From the NCBI GenBank assembly GCA_963827475.1, contig CAWHAZ010000007.1, positions 64,001-128,000 on the forward strand: 64,000 nt of DNA. The letters run 5' to 3'. The notes below the pieces were generated by a model. It was not told the origin of the DNA, did no database searches, and saw only the letters and a list, made by a program, of their open reading frames with translations. The position numbers and the translations under genes are program-made. The DNA comes from an uncultured Chloroflexia bacterium (GTDB lineage Bacteria; Chloroflexota; Limnocylindria; QHBO01). Of the stretch, positions 11,051 to 21,720 are shown piece after piece (position 1 is the stretch's first letter; every line of letters begins with the position of its first letter).

Positions 11051-12322
11051 CCCTGCCCCTCCTGCTGATCGCGATCCTCCTTCTCTTCCTGCTGCGTGTC
11101 CCGATGGCCTTCGCCATCCTCGGGCCGTCGCTCGTTTACCTCCTGGTGGAGGACTACACCCTCCACCTGGGGGTTCGGACCGTCATGCAGGGCATCAACA
11201 GCTGGCCGCTGCTGGCAGTCCCGCTCTTCATCCTGGTCGGGACGGTGGCGACCCGGACGGAGATCGCCGACCGGCTCTACGAAGCTGCGGTCCTGCTGCT
11301 CGGACCGCTTCGAGCCGGTCTCGCCTACGTGAACATCGCGGTCAGCCTGGGCTTCTCCTGGATGAGCGGGGCCGCCCTGGCCGACGCGGCCGGCATCGGC
11401 TCCATCGAAGTGAACCACATGCGGAAAAAGGGATATCCGGCCGAGTTCTCGGTAGGCCTCAGCGCGAGCTCGGCCCTGATCAGCCCAATCATGCCGCCCA
11501 GCATCCCGGCCGTGGTGTATGCGTCGGTGGCTGCCGTCTCGACCGGTGCGTTATTCGCGGCGGCCGTGATCCCAGCCCTGCTCATGACTCTGTCGCTGGT
11601 GGTGGTGGTCTATCTCTGGGCCCGCCGCCGGCCCGACCTCGTCGGTGACCCCTACAGCTGGAGCGCGGTCCGACGGTCGCTCCTGCGCGCGCTCCCGGCG
11701 CTGGGTGCCCCAGTTCTCATCCTCGGCGGCATCCTCGAGCGGCATTTTCACGCCCACCGAGGCCGCCGGCATCGCCGCCCTGTATATGCTCCTGCTGGCG
11801 TTCTCCTACCGGTCGGTGACGGTCCGTGACACGGCGCTCATCTTCCGCGACACGGCGGTGATCACCGGTCAGATCATGCTCATCATCGGCGCGTCTGCCC
11901 TCCTAAGCTGGATCCTGGCCCGGGAGCAGGTGCCGCAGACTGTGGCCACCGGACTGCTGGAGCTGACCGACAACCCGGTCGTCTTCCTGCTCATCGTGAA
12001 CGTCCTGCTGCTCGTCTGCGGGATGATCCTCGAGCCGACGTCGGCGCTGCTGATCATCACACCCATCCTGTTGCCGATCGCGGTCCAGTACGGGATCGAC
12101 CCCGTGCACCTCGGGTCGATCATCATCTTCAACCTGATGATCGGACTGTTGACCCCGCCGATGGGCGGAGTGGCCTTCGTGCTGAGCTCGGTGACCGGCA
12201 TCCCGGTGGAGCGTGTCTTCCGGGGCGCCGCGATGTACCTCCCGGCGATGATCATCGTCCTGCTGCTGATCACGTACATCCCGGCCCTCACCCTGTGGCT
12301 GCCGGAAGCTCTGGGACTCTGA
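11047..12322 (+). CDS. dctM: TRAP transporter large permease; frameshift ~11740
   Basis: LLAVPLFIL, MSGAALAD, IMPPSIP, GIFTPTEA, GIDPVH, IGLLTPPMG. Confidence 0.92.
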
Positions 12323-12336
12323 GCGACGAAGACGAC

Positions 12337-13077
12337 ATGTCCGTCCTCGAGAAGACCAGCGAACTGATCGACTGCCTCGGCCGGGCCGGGGAGCCGGTGA
12401 CGCTGACGTACGTTCGCTCCGCACTCGGGATGCCGAAGTCGTCGACGCATCGACTGCTGGCCGATCTCGCCGGCCTCGGCATCGTCCGGCGAACCGACGA
12501 TGGTCGGTACTCGCTCGGGCCCCGGCTGCTGTACTGGGGCGAGGCCGCCGCCGACACCTTCGAGATGCGCGATGTGGCCGAGCAGCCCATGCGCCGACTG
12601 CGGGATGAGCTGGGCGAGAGCGTTCACCTCTACGTCCGGGAGCACGACACGCGCATCTGCATCGCCGCGGTCGAGGCACGGCACGAGCTCCGTCCGTTCA
12701 TCCAGCTGGGCCGGCCGCTGCCGCTCCGTGCCGGCGCCGCGGGGAAGCTCCTGCTCGCCTTTGCCGATCAGGAGGTCCAGGATCTCGAGCTGGCCAGGGC
12801 GCTCGAGGACGCCTCGACCATGCCCAACGCCCCCGGCAGCCAGTTGGGCGCTCAGCTGGAGGAGATCCGCATGAGCCGATGGGCCACGTCGGTTGGGGAG
12901 CGTGAGGAGGGCGTCTCCGCCGTGGCGACACCGATCGTCGACTCGCGCGACCATGTCGTGGCCGCCCTCTCCATTTCGGCGCCCACGACGCGGCTCGGGT
13001 CCGACCGGTTCGAGGACATGCGGCGCCCGCTGGTCGAGAGCGCGGCCGAGGTGAGCGCCCTCCTCAGGCGCGGCTGA
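12337..13077 (+). CDS. IclR family transcriptional regulator
   Basis: HTH LGMPKSSTHRLL; GESVHLYVR; GAAGKLLLAF. Confidence 0.93.
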   Translation: MSVLEKTSELIDCLGRAGEPVTLTYVRSALGMPKSSTHRLLADLAGLGIVRRTDDGRYSLGPRLLYWGEAAADTFEMRDVAEQPMRRLRDELGESVHLYVREHDTRICIAAVEARHELRPFIQLGRPLPLRAGAAGKLLLAFADQEVQDLELARALEDASTMPNAPGSQLGAQLEEIRMSRWATSVGEREEGVSAVATPIVDSRDHVVAALSISAPTTRLGSDRFEDMRRPLVESAAEVSALLRRG

Positions 13078-13867
13078 GCGAGCCCACCGCCGCGTCGTCG
13101 TCGGCTGGCGGAGCGCCTCTCGGCGTCGGTGTCCAGCCCTGCGCGGCGCTGATCTCGTCCGCCGCCGCCGACAGGAGCGGTCGGAGGTCCACCAGGCGCT
13201 CGGCGGTGAGCCGGCCGGTTGGCCCGGAGATCGCGAGCGCGGCGTGGACGGCGCCAGCGACGTTCCGAATGGGGACCGCGGCCGCGGCCAGTCCCTCCTC
13301 GCGTTCTCCGAATGACATCGACCACCCGGTGGCGCGGATCTCCTCGAGCTGGGCCGTCAGCTCGTCCAGCCCCGGTGCGCGCGGTGAAATCGGTGCCCGG
13401 GCGACGCGGCGAAGCTCGATGGCCTGGGTCCCCGGGTCGGCGAACGCGAGCAGCAGCTTGCCGGATGCCCCGGCCGACAGGGGGAGCGGCTTGCCCACCT
13501 CGGTGAAATGGCGGAGCTCGTAGTTGCCTTCGACGGCCGCCACGCACACCCGCCGATCGCGCTGGCGCACGTAGAGGTGGACGCTTTCCCCTTCCGCGTC
13601 ACGGAGACGAACCATGGATGCCTTCGAGATCCGGACGATGTCGTTGACGCCGCTCGCGACGTCGCCCCACCGCGTCAGCCGCGGTCCCGGCACGTAGTTC
13701 GCCGTCCCCACCCGGAAGAGCAGGCCGAGCCTGACCAGCTCCGAGAGCAGCCGATGCGTCGACGACCGCGGCTGGCCCAGGCGCTGGGCGATCGAGGTGA
13801 GCGTCGCTTCGTCGGGCGCGTCCGCGACCAGGTCCAGGATCTCCGTGGCCTTGGCAAGGACCGACAT
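13064..13867 (-). CDS. IclR family transcriptional regulator (paralog of the preceding gene)
   Basis: LGQPRSSTHRLL; GESVHLYVR; GASGKLLLAF. Confidence 0.93.
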   Translation of the reverse strand: MSVLAKATEILDLVADAPDEATLTSIAQRLGQPRSSTHRLLSELVRLGLLFRVGTANYVPGPRLTRWGDVASGVNDIVRISKASMVRLRDAEGESVHLYVRQRDRRVCVAAVEGNYELRHFTEVGKPLPLSAGASGKLLLAFADPGTQAIELRRVARAPISPRAPGLDELTAQLEEIRATGWSMSFGEREEGLAAAAVPIRNVAGAVHAALAISGPTGRLTAERLVDLRPLLSAAADEISAAQGWTPTPRGAPPADDDAAVGSLSRA

Positions 13868-15274
13868 CAGCTGACCGGCGTTCCGTAGAACTCGCCGAAC
13901 AGCTCCTGCTCCGACGGCCGGTCCTCGGCGATGGGCCGGCTCACCCAGGTCGTGTTCATGTAGTGCTTGAGATGGATGTTCTCCGAGGTGATGTTCCCGC
14001 CCCAGGTGCCGCAGCCCAGGCTGGACGTCATGGGCATGCCATTGGTGAATGCCCCCGCATTCGCCTTCGACTGCGGCTGGCGAACCATGATTCGGCTCAC
14101 CGGCGCCAGGCGGGCCAGGCGATCGATGTGATCGTCGTCGAACGAGTAGATGCCGCAGGAATGGCCCTTGCCGCCGACCTCGTAGATGGCCTCCACCATC
14201 TCGAGGGCCTGGTCGAACCCCGCATAGCGGTACATCGACAGGACCACGCTCAGCTTCTCGGAGCTGAACGGGTGCTCCCTGCCGATCTCCGTCTGCTCAA
14301 CCACGAGGAACCTGACCTCGCGTCCAATCTCGAATCCGGCCTTCTCGGCCAGCGCCTGGGGTGAGATGGCGATGGTGTCCGGCGTGCGCCGGCCGTCGTC
14401 GTGCCACAGCACCGCGCGCAGCTGGTTCGCCTCCTCGGGCGTGACGACACGGCCCCCCTCTGCCTCCAGGGCGGCGCGCAGCGCGTCGTAGACCGTCTCC
14501 TCGACGACGAGGTTGCCGTCCGCCGAGCATCCGGACCCGAAGTCGGAGGTCTTGCTGATTCGCGTGTTGCGGGCCGCATCGGCGACATCGGCCGTCTCGT
14601 CGATGACCATGGTCGAGTTGCCGGCGCCGACGCCGTAGGCCGGCGTGCCCGAGCTGTACGCGGCCTTCACCATGTCGCGCCCGCCGGTGGCCTGGACCAT
14701 GTCCGCCTGGCTCATGAGGTACTGGGCGGTGGGAATGCTCGGCCGCTCGATGCACCCGATGAGATCCACGGGGGCATCGACGCGCGCCAGCGCGCGACGC
14801 ATGATCTCGACGGTCTCGCGGGTCGTCCGCTGGCTGCGGGGGTGGGGCGAGAAGATGACCGCATCCCGACACTTGATGGCAAAGAGACCCGACGCCAGGC
14901 GGCGTCAGCTCCGGGTTCGTGGTCGGCACCAATGAGGCGACCAGCCCGACGGGCTTGGCGTACTTGACGATGCCCTTCTCGGGGAGCTCCTCGATCACCC
15001 CGACGCTCTTCTGGCGAAGGACGTCGCGGAGGATGCCCATGACCTTGAACCGCTTCGCCACGCGGCTCTCCGGGTCGCCGATGCCACTCTCCTCCACGCC
15101 CATGTGGGCGAGCCGGGTGAACGTGGTCTCGTTGGCGACCGCCCAGGCGACCGCCTGGCAAACGCGGTCCACGTCCTCCTGGGTCGCACCCTCGAACGAT
15201 CGGAGCGCGGCGCGCCCACGAGCGACGAGCTCGTCGACGTGGTCTGTTTCTTCAGGTGTGATCGTTCGCGGCAT
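13867..15274 (-). CDS. CoA-acylating aldehyde dehydrogenase (AdhE N-terminal/SauS-like); frameshift ~14885
   Basis: PTTNP, ATGG, GVGAGN, catalytic Cys in GSGCS, EKLS, SLGCGTWGGN. Confidence 0.88.
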
Positions 15275-15340
15275 GAGTTCTCCGGATGGGTTGTTGGACG
15301 GGCCGGGAGGCTACACTTGGCATCTGTTCGAACCCAATCA

Positions 15341-15379
15341 TGTCCGTCATGATGGACTCGACTATCCAGTATGTGGAAG
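15341..15379. promoter_or_regulatory. Two imperfect palindromes in the divergent ALDH/ThDP intergenic region (candidate IclR sites)
   Basis: TGTCCGTCATGATGGAC (15341-15357) and TATCCAGTATGTGGAAG (15363-15379) resemble the sites at 5869 and 9134. Confidence 0.5.
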
Positions 15380-15433
15380 TGTACCGACATCGGCTGCGGC
15401 GCGATGCGGGCTGACCGCCCAGGGAGGTAGGAG

Positions 15434-17137
15434 ATGAAGCCGACCGTGGCCGACCACATCGCGTCGTTCCTGGCGGACCGTGGCGTCGATCGCGTGTTCG
15501 GCCTCTGCGGTCACACGAACATCTCCCTCATCGCGGCTCTCGAGCGTCACGGATCCGTGCGCTTCGTCACCACAAGGCACGAGCAGGTGGCCGCCCATGC
15601 CGCGGACGGGTACGCCCGCGTGTCGGGACGACCCGGCGTCGTCCTGCTCCACGTGGGTCCGGGCATCACGAACGCGACGACCGGCGTCGCAACAGCCGCC
15701 TTCGACTCGGTGCCGCTCCTCGTCATCGCCGGAGATGTGCCGTCCTACTACGAAGGGCGCGGACCACACCAGGAGTTCAACCTCCGCCGGGACGCGGACC
15801 AGACCTCGGTGTACGAACCGTTCGTGAAACGGGCGTGGCGCGCTCGCCGCGCTGACCAGGTTCCCCGCATCCTCGCGCGCGCCTGGGACATCGCGATCGC
15901 GGGGCGCCCGGGCCCGGTCCTCGTCTCGGTCCCCATGGACGTCCTCGCCGAGGCCCTCGATGCCGAGGTCCTCCCTGCTACCCGCGTGCTCCCACCTGCG
16001 CTGACTCCGGCGACCGCCCACGCCGTGGCCCAGGAGCTGCGCCATGCCGAGCGGCCGCTGATTCTGGCCGGCGGCGGGACACGGCGTGCCGCCGTGGAGG
16101 TCCAGGAACTGGCCGAACGAACCGGGGCGCCAGTGGCCCACACCCTGATGGGAACCGGGGTCCTCCCGCCGGACCATCCACAGCTGGCCGGGATGATCGG
16201 TTTCTGGGGGTTGCCGACGGCCAACCGGCTGGCGCGGGAGGCCGACGTCATCTTGGCGGTCGGGACGCGCTTCCCCGAAACCGACAGCAGCAGCTGGGAG
16301 GCCGGGGTCACGTTCCAGATTCCCCCGACCCGTCTGCTGCATGTGGATCTCGACCCGCACGAGCCGGGGCGCAACTACCCCGCCTTCATCGCCGCCACCG
16401 CCGACGCCGCGCAGGCGCTGCGCGCAATCGCCGACGCCTACGGAGACCCGACGCCCGAGCGCGGATACGACTGGGCGGGCCTCCGCCGCGAGCGCGACGC
16501 CTTCCTCGCGCCCAGCCGCGAAAACGCCACCTCGGACGATTTCCCGCTCCTCCCCGAGCGAATCCTCGCCGACGTCCGGCGCGCCGTGCCCGACGCGATC
16601 CTGGTCACGGACGTGGGCTGGAATAAGAACGGTGTGGGTCAGCAGTACCCGGTGGATACACCGGACTCGTTCCTCACCCCCGGCGGCTTCTCCACGATGG
16701 GGTTCGGCCCTGCGGCTGTCCTGGGCGTGGCATCGGCCTCGACCAGGCCGCCCATCGCACTGGTCGGCGACGGCGCCTTCGGCTCGAATCCCAGTGTCGT
16801 GGCGACCGCCGTGGAAATGGGCGTGCGCCCGATATGGGTGGTCATGAACAACTCCGCCTTCGGCACCATCGCGGGCCTCCAGCGAAAGCACTATGGCACC
16901 GGCTACGGGTGCGAGTTCGAGGCCGATGGGGCCCCGTACACCGTGGACTTCGCCGCGATGGCCCGCGCCTTTGGAGCCGAGGGCATCGCCATCGGCAGCG
17001 CGGCCGAGCTCGAGCCGGCACTTCGCGGGGCCTTGCAATCCACACGGCCGGTCGTGGTGGACATCCCCATGCGGAATACGCCGGTGCTGACGCCAGGCGA
17101 ATGGGACATCGAACGGATCTACCAGGTGGCCCAATGA
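15434..17137 (+). CDS. Thiamine-diphosphate-dependent enzyme (acetolactate synthase/decarboxylase-like)
   Basis: RHEQ catalytic Glu; GPGITN; GDGAF...NN ThDP motif; GGAGG RBS. Confidence 0.9.
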   Translation: MKPTVADHIASFLADRGVDRVFGLCGHTNISLIAALERHGSVRFVTTRHEQVAAHAADGYARVSGRPGVVLLHVGPGITNATTGVATAAFDSVPLLVIAGDVPSYYEGRGPHQEFNLRRDADQTSVYEPFVKRAWRARRADQVPRILARAWDIAIAGRPGPVLVSVPMDVLAEALDAEVLPATRVLPPALTPATAHAVAQELRHAERPLILAGGGTRRAAVEVQELAERTGAPVAHTLMGTGVLPPDHPQLAGMIGFWGLPTANRLAREADVILAVGTRFPETDSSSWEAGVTFQIPPTRLLHVDLDPHEPGRNYPAFIAATADAAQALRAIADAYGDPTPERGYDWAGLRRERDAFLAPSRENATSDDFPLLPERILADVRRAVPDAILVTDVGWNKNGVGQQYPVDTPDSFLTPGGFSTMGFGPAAVLGVASASTRPPIALVGDGAFGSNPSVVATAVEMGVRPIWVVMNNSAFGTIAGLQRKHYGTGYGCEFEADGAPYTVDFAAMARAFGAEGIAIGSAAELEPALRGALQSTRPVVVDIPMRNTPVLTPGEWDIERIYQVAQ

Positions 17138-17964
17138 CCGAGCAGCCGACCAGGGCCCATCAGGGAACGGCCGCCGGCAAGGCGCACCGAGCGGAAGCCT
17201 GGTCCACGGCGATCACCGCCACCACGGACGAGCGGGTCTTCGTGCGCGGCGTCGCGCTGGACGAAGCCATCGGCCGCGAGCCCTTCCCGGCCGTGCTCCT
17301 CAGACTGTGGCGCGGTGACGCGCCCACCGAGATGGAAGCGGGCCTCCTCGGCGCCTGCCTGGTGGCATCGATCGATCACGGGCCGCTCGCCCCCTCGGCC
17401 CTGGTGACTCGGACGATTGCGTCCACCCAGGCGACGCCGATGGCCGGATTGGCGGGCGGGGTGCTGGCCTTCGGTGAGCTGCACGGAGCCGTCGTCAGTC
17501 GCGCGATGCGGATCCTGGCCAGCGCACCCGCCGAGGGAGCGCTGGACCAGTGGGCCGACGAGGTCTTCGAGGCCGAGCGGGCCGCGGGGCGACGGATCCC
17601 CGGCGTCGGTCACCGCTGGCACCGACACGATCTTCGGGTGGAGCGGCTCCTCGAGGTCGCCTCAGGCGTGTCCGACAGCAACCACGAGGCCGCCATTCGC
17701 GCCCTCGCCGCGCGGGTGAGTACGCACACCGGCAATCCAACCCCGGTGAACATCGACGGGGCGCTGGCGGTGGCACTGACCCGCCTCCGATTGGATCCGA
17801 TCTATGGCGACTTCCTGTTCGCCATCGCGAGGAGCTTCGGCCTCGCAGCCCATTTCGTGGAGGAGCAGGCCCGGCAGCGGCCAATGCGGACGATCGATCC
17901 CACGGCGGCGGAATACGACGGCGCGCCGCTTCCCGCGGTCGAGCCAGAGGAGGCAGGTGCATGA
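17134..17964 (+). CDS. Citryl-CoA lyase-like protein (short citrate synthase family)
   Basis: WSTAI, DHG, LHG, PGVGH, NIDG, ARSFGLAAH. Confidence 0.85.
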   Translation: MTEQPTRAHQGTAAGKAHRAEAWSTAITATTDERVFVRGVALDEAIGREPFPAVLLRLWRGDAPTEMEAGLLGACLVASIDHGPLAPSALVTRTIASTQATPMAGLAGGVLAFGELHGAVVSRAMRILASAPAEGALDQWADEVFEAERAAGRRIPGVGHRWHRHDLRVERLLEVASGVSDSNHEAAIRALAARVSTHTGNPTPVNIDGALAVALTRLRLDPIYGDFLFAIARSFGLAAHFVEEQARQRPMRTIDPTAAEYDGAPLPAVEPEEAGA

Positions 17965-18332
17965 AGGTCCGATTGATCTCGCCGTTCCTCGATGGCGAGC
18001 AGATCTGGATTGGTCTCGACGAGCCCGGCATGCGGCGCAAGGCGTTCAGGTTCGTCTCGCCCGATATCGGCTCGGAGGAGTTCATGGCCGGCATCACCCT
18101 GTTCGAGCCGGGGGAGGCGAGCTCGTATCACGTCCACCCTGACTCCGAGGAGATCAACCTCGTGCTCGAGGGATCCGGCATCCTCGTGTCGGAGGAAGAG
18201 GAGGTCGCGTTCGAGGCCGGCCAGGCAATGTGGGTTCCGAGGGGCGTCCACCATCAGCACCGGAATACCGGCTCGAGCTCGCTGAAGCTGTTCTGGGTGT
18301 ATTCGCCTCAAGCGCCCCTCCCCAGCACCTAG
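17961..18332 (+). CDS. Cupin domain protein
   Basis: HVHPDSEE and PRGVHH metal motifs. Confidence 0.88.
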   Translation: MKVRLISPFLDGEQIWIGLDEPGMRRKAFRFVSPDIGSEEFMAGITLFEPGEASSYHVHPDSEEINLVLEGSGILVSEEEEVAFEAGQAMWVPRGVHHQHRNTGSSSLKLFWVYSPQAPLPST

Positions 18333-18349
18333 GGCCGCCTGGCGCTCGG

Positions 18350-18850
18350 TCAGCCGAACGTGACGCCGTGCTCCTCGATCAGCGCAGGGATGCTGCTCGG
18401 ATCGGTCTCGAGCCCATAGCGTTCTCGAATCTCGGCCAGCGCTTCCTGGGGCGGCCGTCCGCCGCCGAAGAGGGCAACCAGCTCCTCGAAGTACCGCTCG
18501 AAGCCGGCCGGGGAAATGATCTCGAGCACCCTGGCTTCCGCGTCGCCCGCGTTCCAGAACGTGTGCCATTCGTTCCGCGGCTTGACGATCAGGTCGCCTG
18601 GCTCGCCGACCACCACCCGGTCACCGAGTTTGGCCCCGACTCGTCCCTCCAGGATGAAGCTGTACTCGTCCTCGCGGGTGTGCCGATGCAAAGGTGCAGC
18701 CAACGCGCGCGGGGCGAGGGGATGCTCGACAACGGCGAACCCTCCGCCTGACGCGTCACCGCCGATCAGGAAGCGGACCCCGAGACCACCGATGCTCCCA
18801 CCCGGACCCTCGCCTGATCCAACGACCCGGCCCTGGCCGGCCTCCATCAC
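18350..18850 (-). CDS. Cupin domain protein
   Basis: PLHRHTREDE, PRNEWHTF, SPAGFERYF. Confidence 0.88.
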   Translation of the reverse strand: MMEAGQGRVVGSGEGPGGSIGGLGVRFLIGGDASGGGFAVVEHPLAPRALAAPLHRHTREDEYSFILEGRVGAKLGDRVVVGEPGDLIVKPRNEWHTFWNAGDAEARVLEIISPAGFERYFEELVALFGGGRPPQEALAEIRERYGLETDPSSIPALIEEHGVTFG

Positions 18851-18856
18851 CTGCCC

Positions 18857-21605
18857 TCAGGCTGGCTGCGGCGCCTGCTCGACGAGTGCCTCTTCCTCCT
18901 CGACGTCCCAGATCCGCTTGCGGACCTCGGAGACCGGGATGATGAGCAGTCCGACCACGATGCAGACGGCCCATTGCTCGAGCGTCAGGCCAGTCGTGTC
19001 GAGGACGCGGTTGAGGAAGTCCAGCTCGGCCATGAGGATGATCGTCACGATCGAGGCGAGGGAGCCCAGGAAGAACGGCCGGTCGCCCAGGAGATCGATG
19101 CTCAACGCCGACTTCCGCTCGTCCTTGGTGGCCAGCGAGAACGCGACGTTGGAAAGGCTGAACACGACCATGCCCATCGTGCGGGACACCTCGTCGTTGA
19201 ACTCATTGGCTGCCCAGGCATTGACCGCGAGCGTCCCGCCGCCCATCACCAGGCCCGCGATGGCGAGCCATGCCAGGAGCTTCCGCGAGAGAAGAGGCTC
19301 GTTGGACGGCCGTGGCTTGCGCTCCATGAGCCCCTCGGCCGGCTTGCCGTAGCCGAGGCCGATTGCCTGGAAGATCTGGATCGTGAAGTTCATGAACAGG
19401 GTCTGGAGCGGCACGAAGGGGACGCCGCCGAGGACGTTGAGGATGGACGACCCCAGGAACAGGGTGATGTAGCCGATCAGGACGCCGATCTGGAAGCGGA
19501 TGTACTTCTTCAGGTTGTCGTAGAGGCCACGGCCGAGCTCGACCGCGTTCACGATCGTGGCGAAGTTGTCATCGGTCAGGATCATGTTGGCGGCCTCTTT
19601 CGAGACCTCGGTGCCGGTGATGCCCATCGCCACGCCGATGTCGGCGCGCTTCAGGGCCGGGGCGTCGTTCACGCCATCGCCGGTCATGGCCACGATGTGG
19701 CCCTTCTTGCGCAGGAGGTCGACGAGGTGGACTTTGTCCTCCGGCGCGACGCGGGCGATGACCCCGATGCCGTCGAGCTCGCGCAGGGCCTCGTCCTCGG
19801 GCATGGCCCGGAACTCGGCGCCGGTGATCGCCCGGCCGCGGATGCCCAGCTCCTGGGCGATGGCCTCGGCGGTCACGGCGTGGTCGCCGGTGATCATTCG
19901 GACCTGCATGCCCGCGTCGTGCGCCTCGGCAATCGACTTCTTGGCCGATGGTCGCGGGGGATCGACGATGCCAATGAGGGCGAGCAGGGTCATGCCGTCG
20001 AGCAAGGGCAGCAGGTCTGCATTGGGATCGAAGGTGGCGGGGTCGAAGTCCTTGCGGCCGGTGGCAAGGACCCGCAGCCCTTTTCCGCCGAGCCGCAGGT
20101 TTTCCGCGTTGACCCGCTCGCGGATCTCGTCGTCCACCGCGGTGGTCGAGGCCAGGTCCGGGGTGATGACGTTGGCGCCGCGCTTCAGCAGCTGGTCGGG
20201 CGCCCCCTTCACGAAGCAGCGGACCACGTCTTTCCCGGACTCGTCGGGCATGCGGTGGAAGGTCGCCATCATCTTGTACTCGGAGTCGAACGGCAGGGTC
20301 GCGACCCGTGGGTACTGCTCGCGGGTCGCGCTGGGTGCTGAGGCCACCTTTCTCGGCCAGGACCACGAGGGCCGCCTCGGTCGGGTCTCCGATGATCTCG
20401 CCGTCCTTCACCACCGCGTCCGAGGCGAGCAGGCCGGGGAGCAGGAAGGCGTCCAGCGGGACGTCCGAGTCCCCGCCGACGCGCTCGATCTTGCCGTCGA
20501 AGCCGTATCCGGTGCCGCTGACCGTGTGCCGGCGACCGGGGATGCTCAGCTCGACGGCCGTCATCTCGTTCAGGGTCAGGGTGCCGGTCTTGTCCGAGTT
20601 GATGGCGGAGGTCGAGCCGAGGGTTTCGACCGAGCGCAGCTGCTTCACGATCGCATGCGCCTTGGCCAGGGTCTGGCTGCCGTAGGACAGGATGGTGGTG
20701 ATGACCGCCGGCAGACCGGTGGGGATGGCCGACACGGCGAAGGCGATGGCCGTCACGAACAAGACGTCGAACGTCTGGCCGTGCACGAAGTAGCCGATGG
20801 AAATGGAGGCGACCAGGGCCAGGCCGGCGATGACCAGCAGCTGCTGGGTGAGGACGTTGATCTGCCGGGTGAGCGGCGTCGCCTCTTCCTCAGATGCCTG
20901 GAGCATGCCGGAGATGTGTCCGACCTCGGTGCTCATGCCGGTGGCGACCACGATCATCTCTCCCGCGCCGCGGGTGACGTTGGTGTTCATGAACGCCATG
21001 TTGGTGCGGTCGCCGAGCGGGGCATCCTCCGCCACGGGGTCCAGCTGCTTGGGCACCGGCAGGCTCTCGCCGGTCAGCGCGGCCTCGTCGATCTCGACCG
21101 TGGCGGCCTTCAGGATCCGCCCGTCGGCGGTGACCACGTCACCCGCCTCGAAGGCCACGATGTCGCCGGGCACGAGCTCCTCGGCCGGGATCTGCTCGAG
21201 CTGGCCGTCACGCCGGACGCGGGCCTTGACGACCATCATCTGCTGCAGCGCGGCGACGGCCGCTGCCGCCTTGCCCTCCTGGCTGAGGCCGAGGTAGGCG
21301 TTGAAGACCGTCAGCAGGATCAGCATCACGCCGGTTGGCACCTGGCGCACGACGACGATGCTCGCGATTCCGGCCACCAGCAGGACGATCTGCATGATGT
21401 CGGCGTACTGGCGGAGGAATGCGTGCCAGCGCGACTCCGTCTCCTGCTCGGTGAACTTGTTCGGCCCGACCTTCGCCCGCCGAGCGGTGACCTCGGAGGC
21501 GCTCAGGCCGGATTCGGCCGTCACGCCCTGGGCGGCGAGCGCATCGGCGGCTGAGAGGGTGTGCCAGGCCTGGGCCGAGCCTGAGGTCGGGGCGGGATCG
21601 GACAA
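18857..21605 (-). CDS. P-type ATPase of type II architecture with a non-canonical transport site; frameshift ~20335
   Basis: TGES, DKTGT, KGAP, DPPR, TGD and TGDGVNDAPAL intact; TM4 reads IPTGLP; TTG start after GAGGAG RBS inferred. Confidence 0.9.
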
Positions 21606-21720
21606 CAGAGGTCTCCTCGGCGACGGGGCTATCGGGCTTCGCAGCATAGGCTTCCTGCCCGGTGGGAGCAATAATGATCCGCCCGCTGGGGCATCCCGGA
21701 TCCGCCCAGGAGGAGAGCCC

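Noticed and set aside
13867-17137. Sulfoacetate/taurine pathway (SauS plus Xsc)
   Set aside because: The ALDH is SauS-like, but the ThDP enzyme has FGLCGHTN rather than the Xsc-type FGIIGSA N-terminus, and no SauT, Pta or sulfite exporter is present. Not excluded, but unsupported.
4952-18332. Genomic island integrated at tRNA-Gln
   Set aside because: No integrase, and I found no repeat of the tRNA 3' end downstream.
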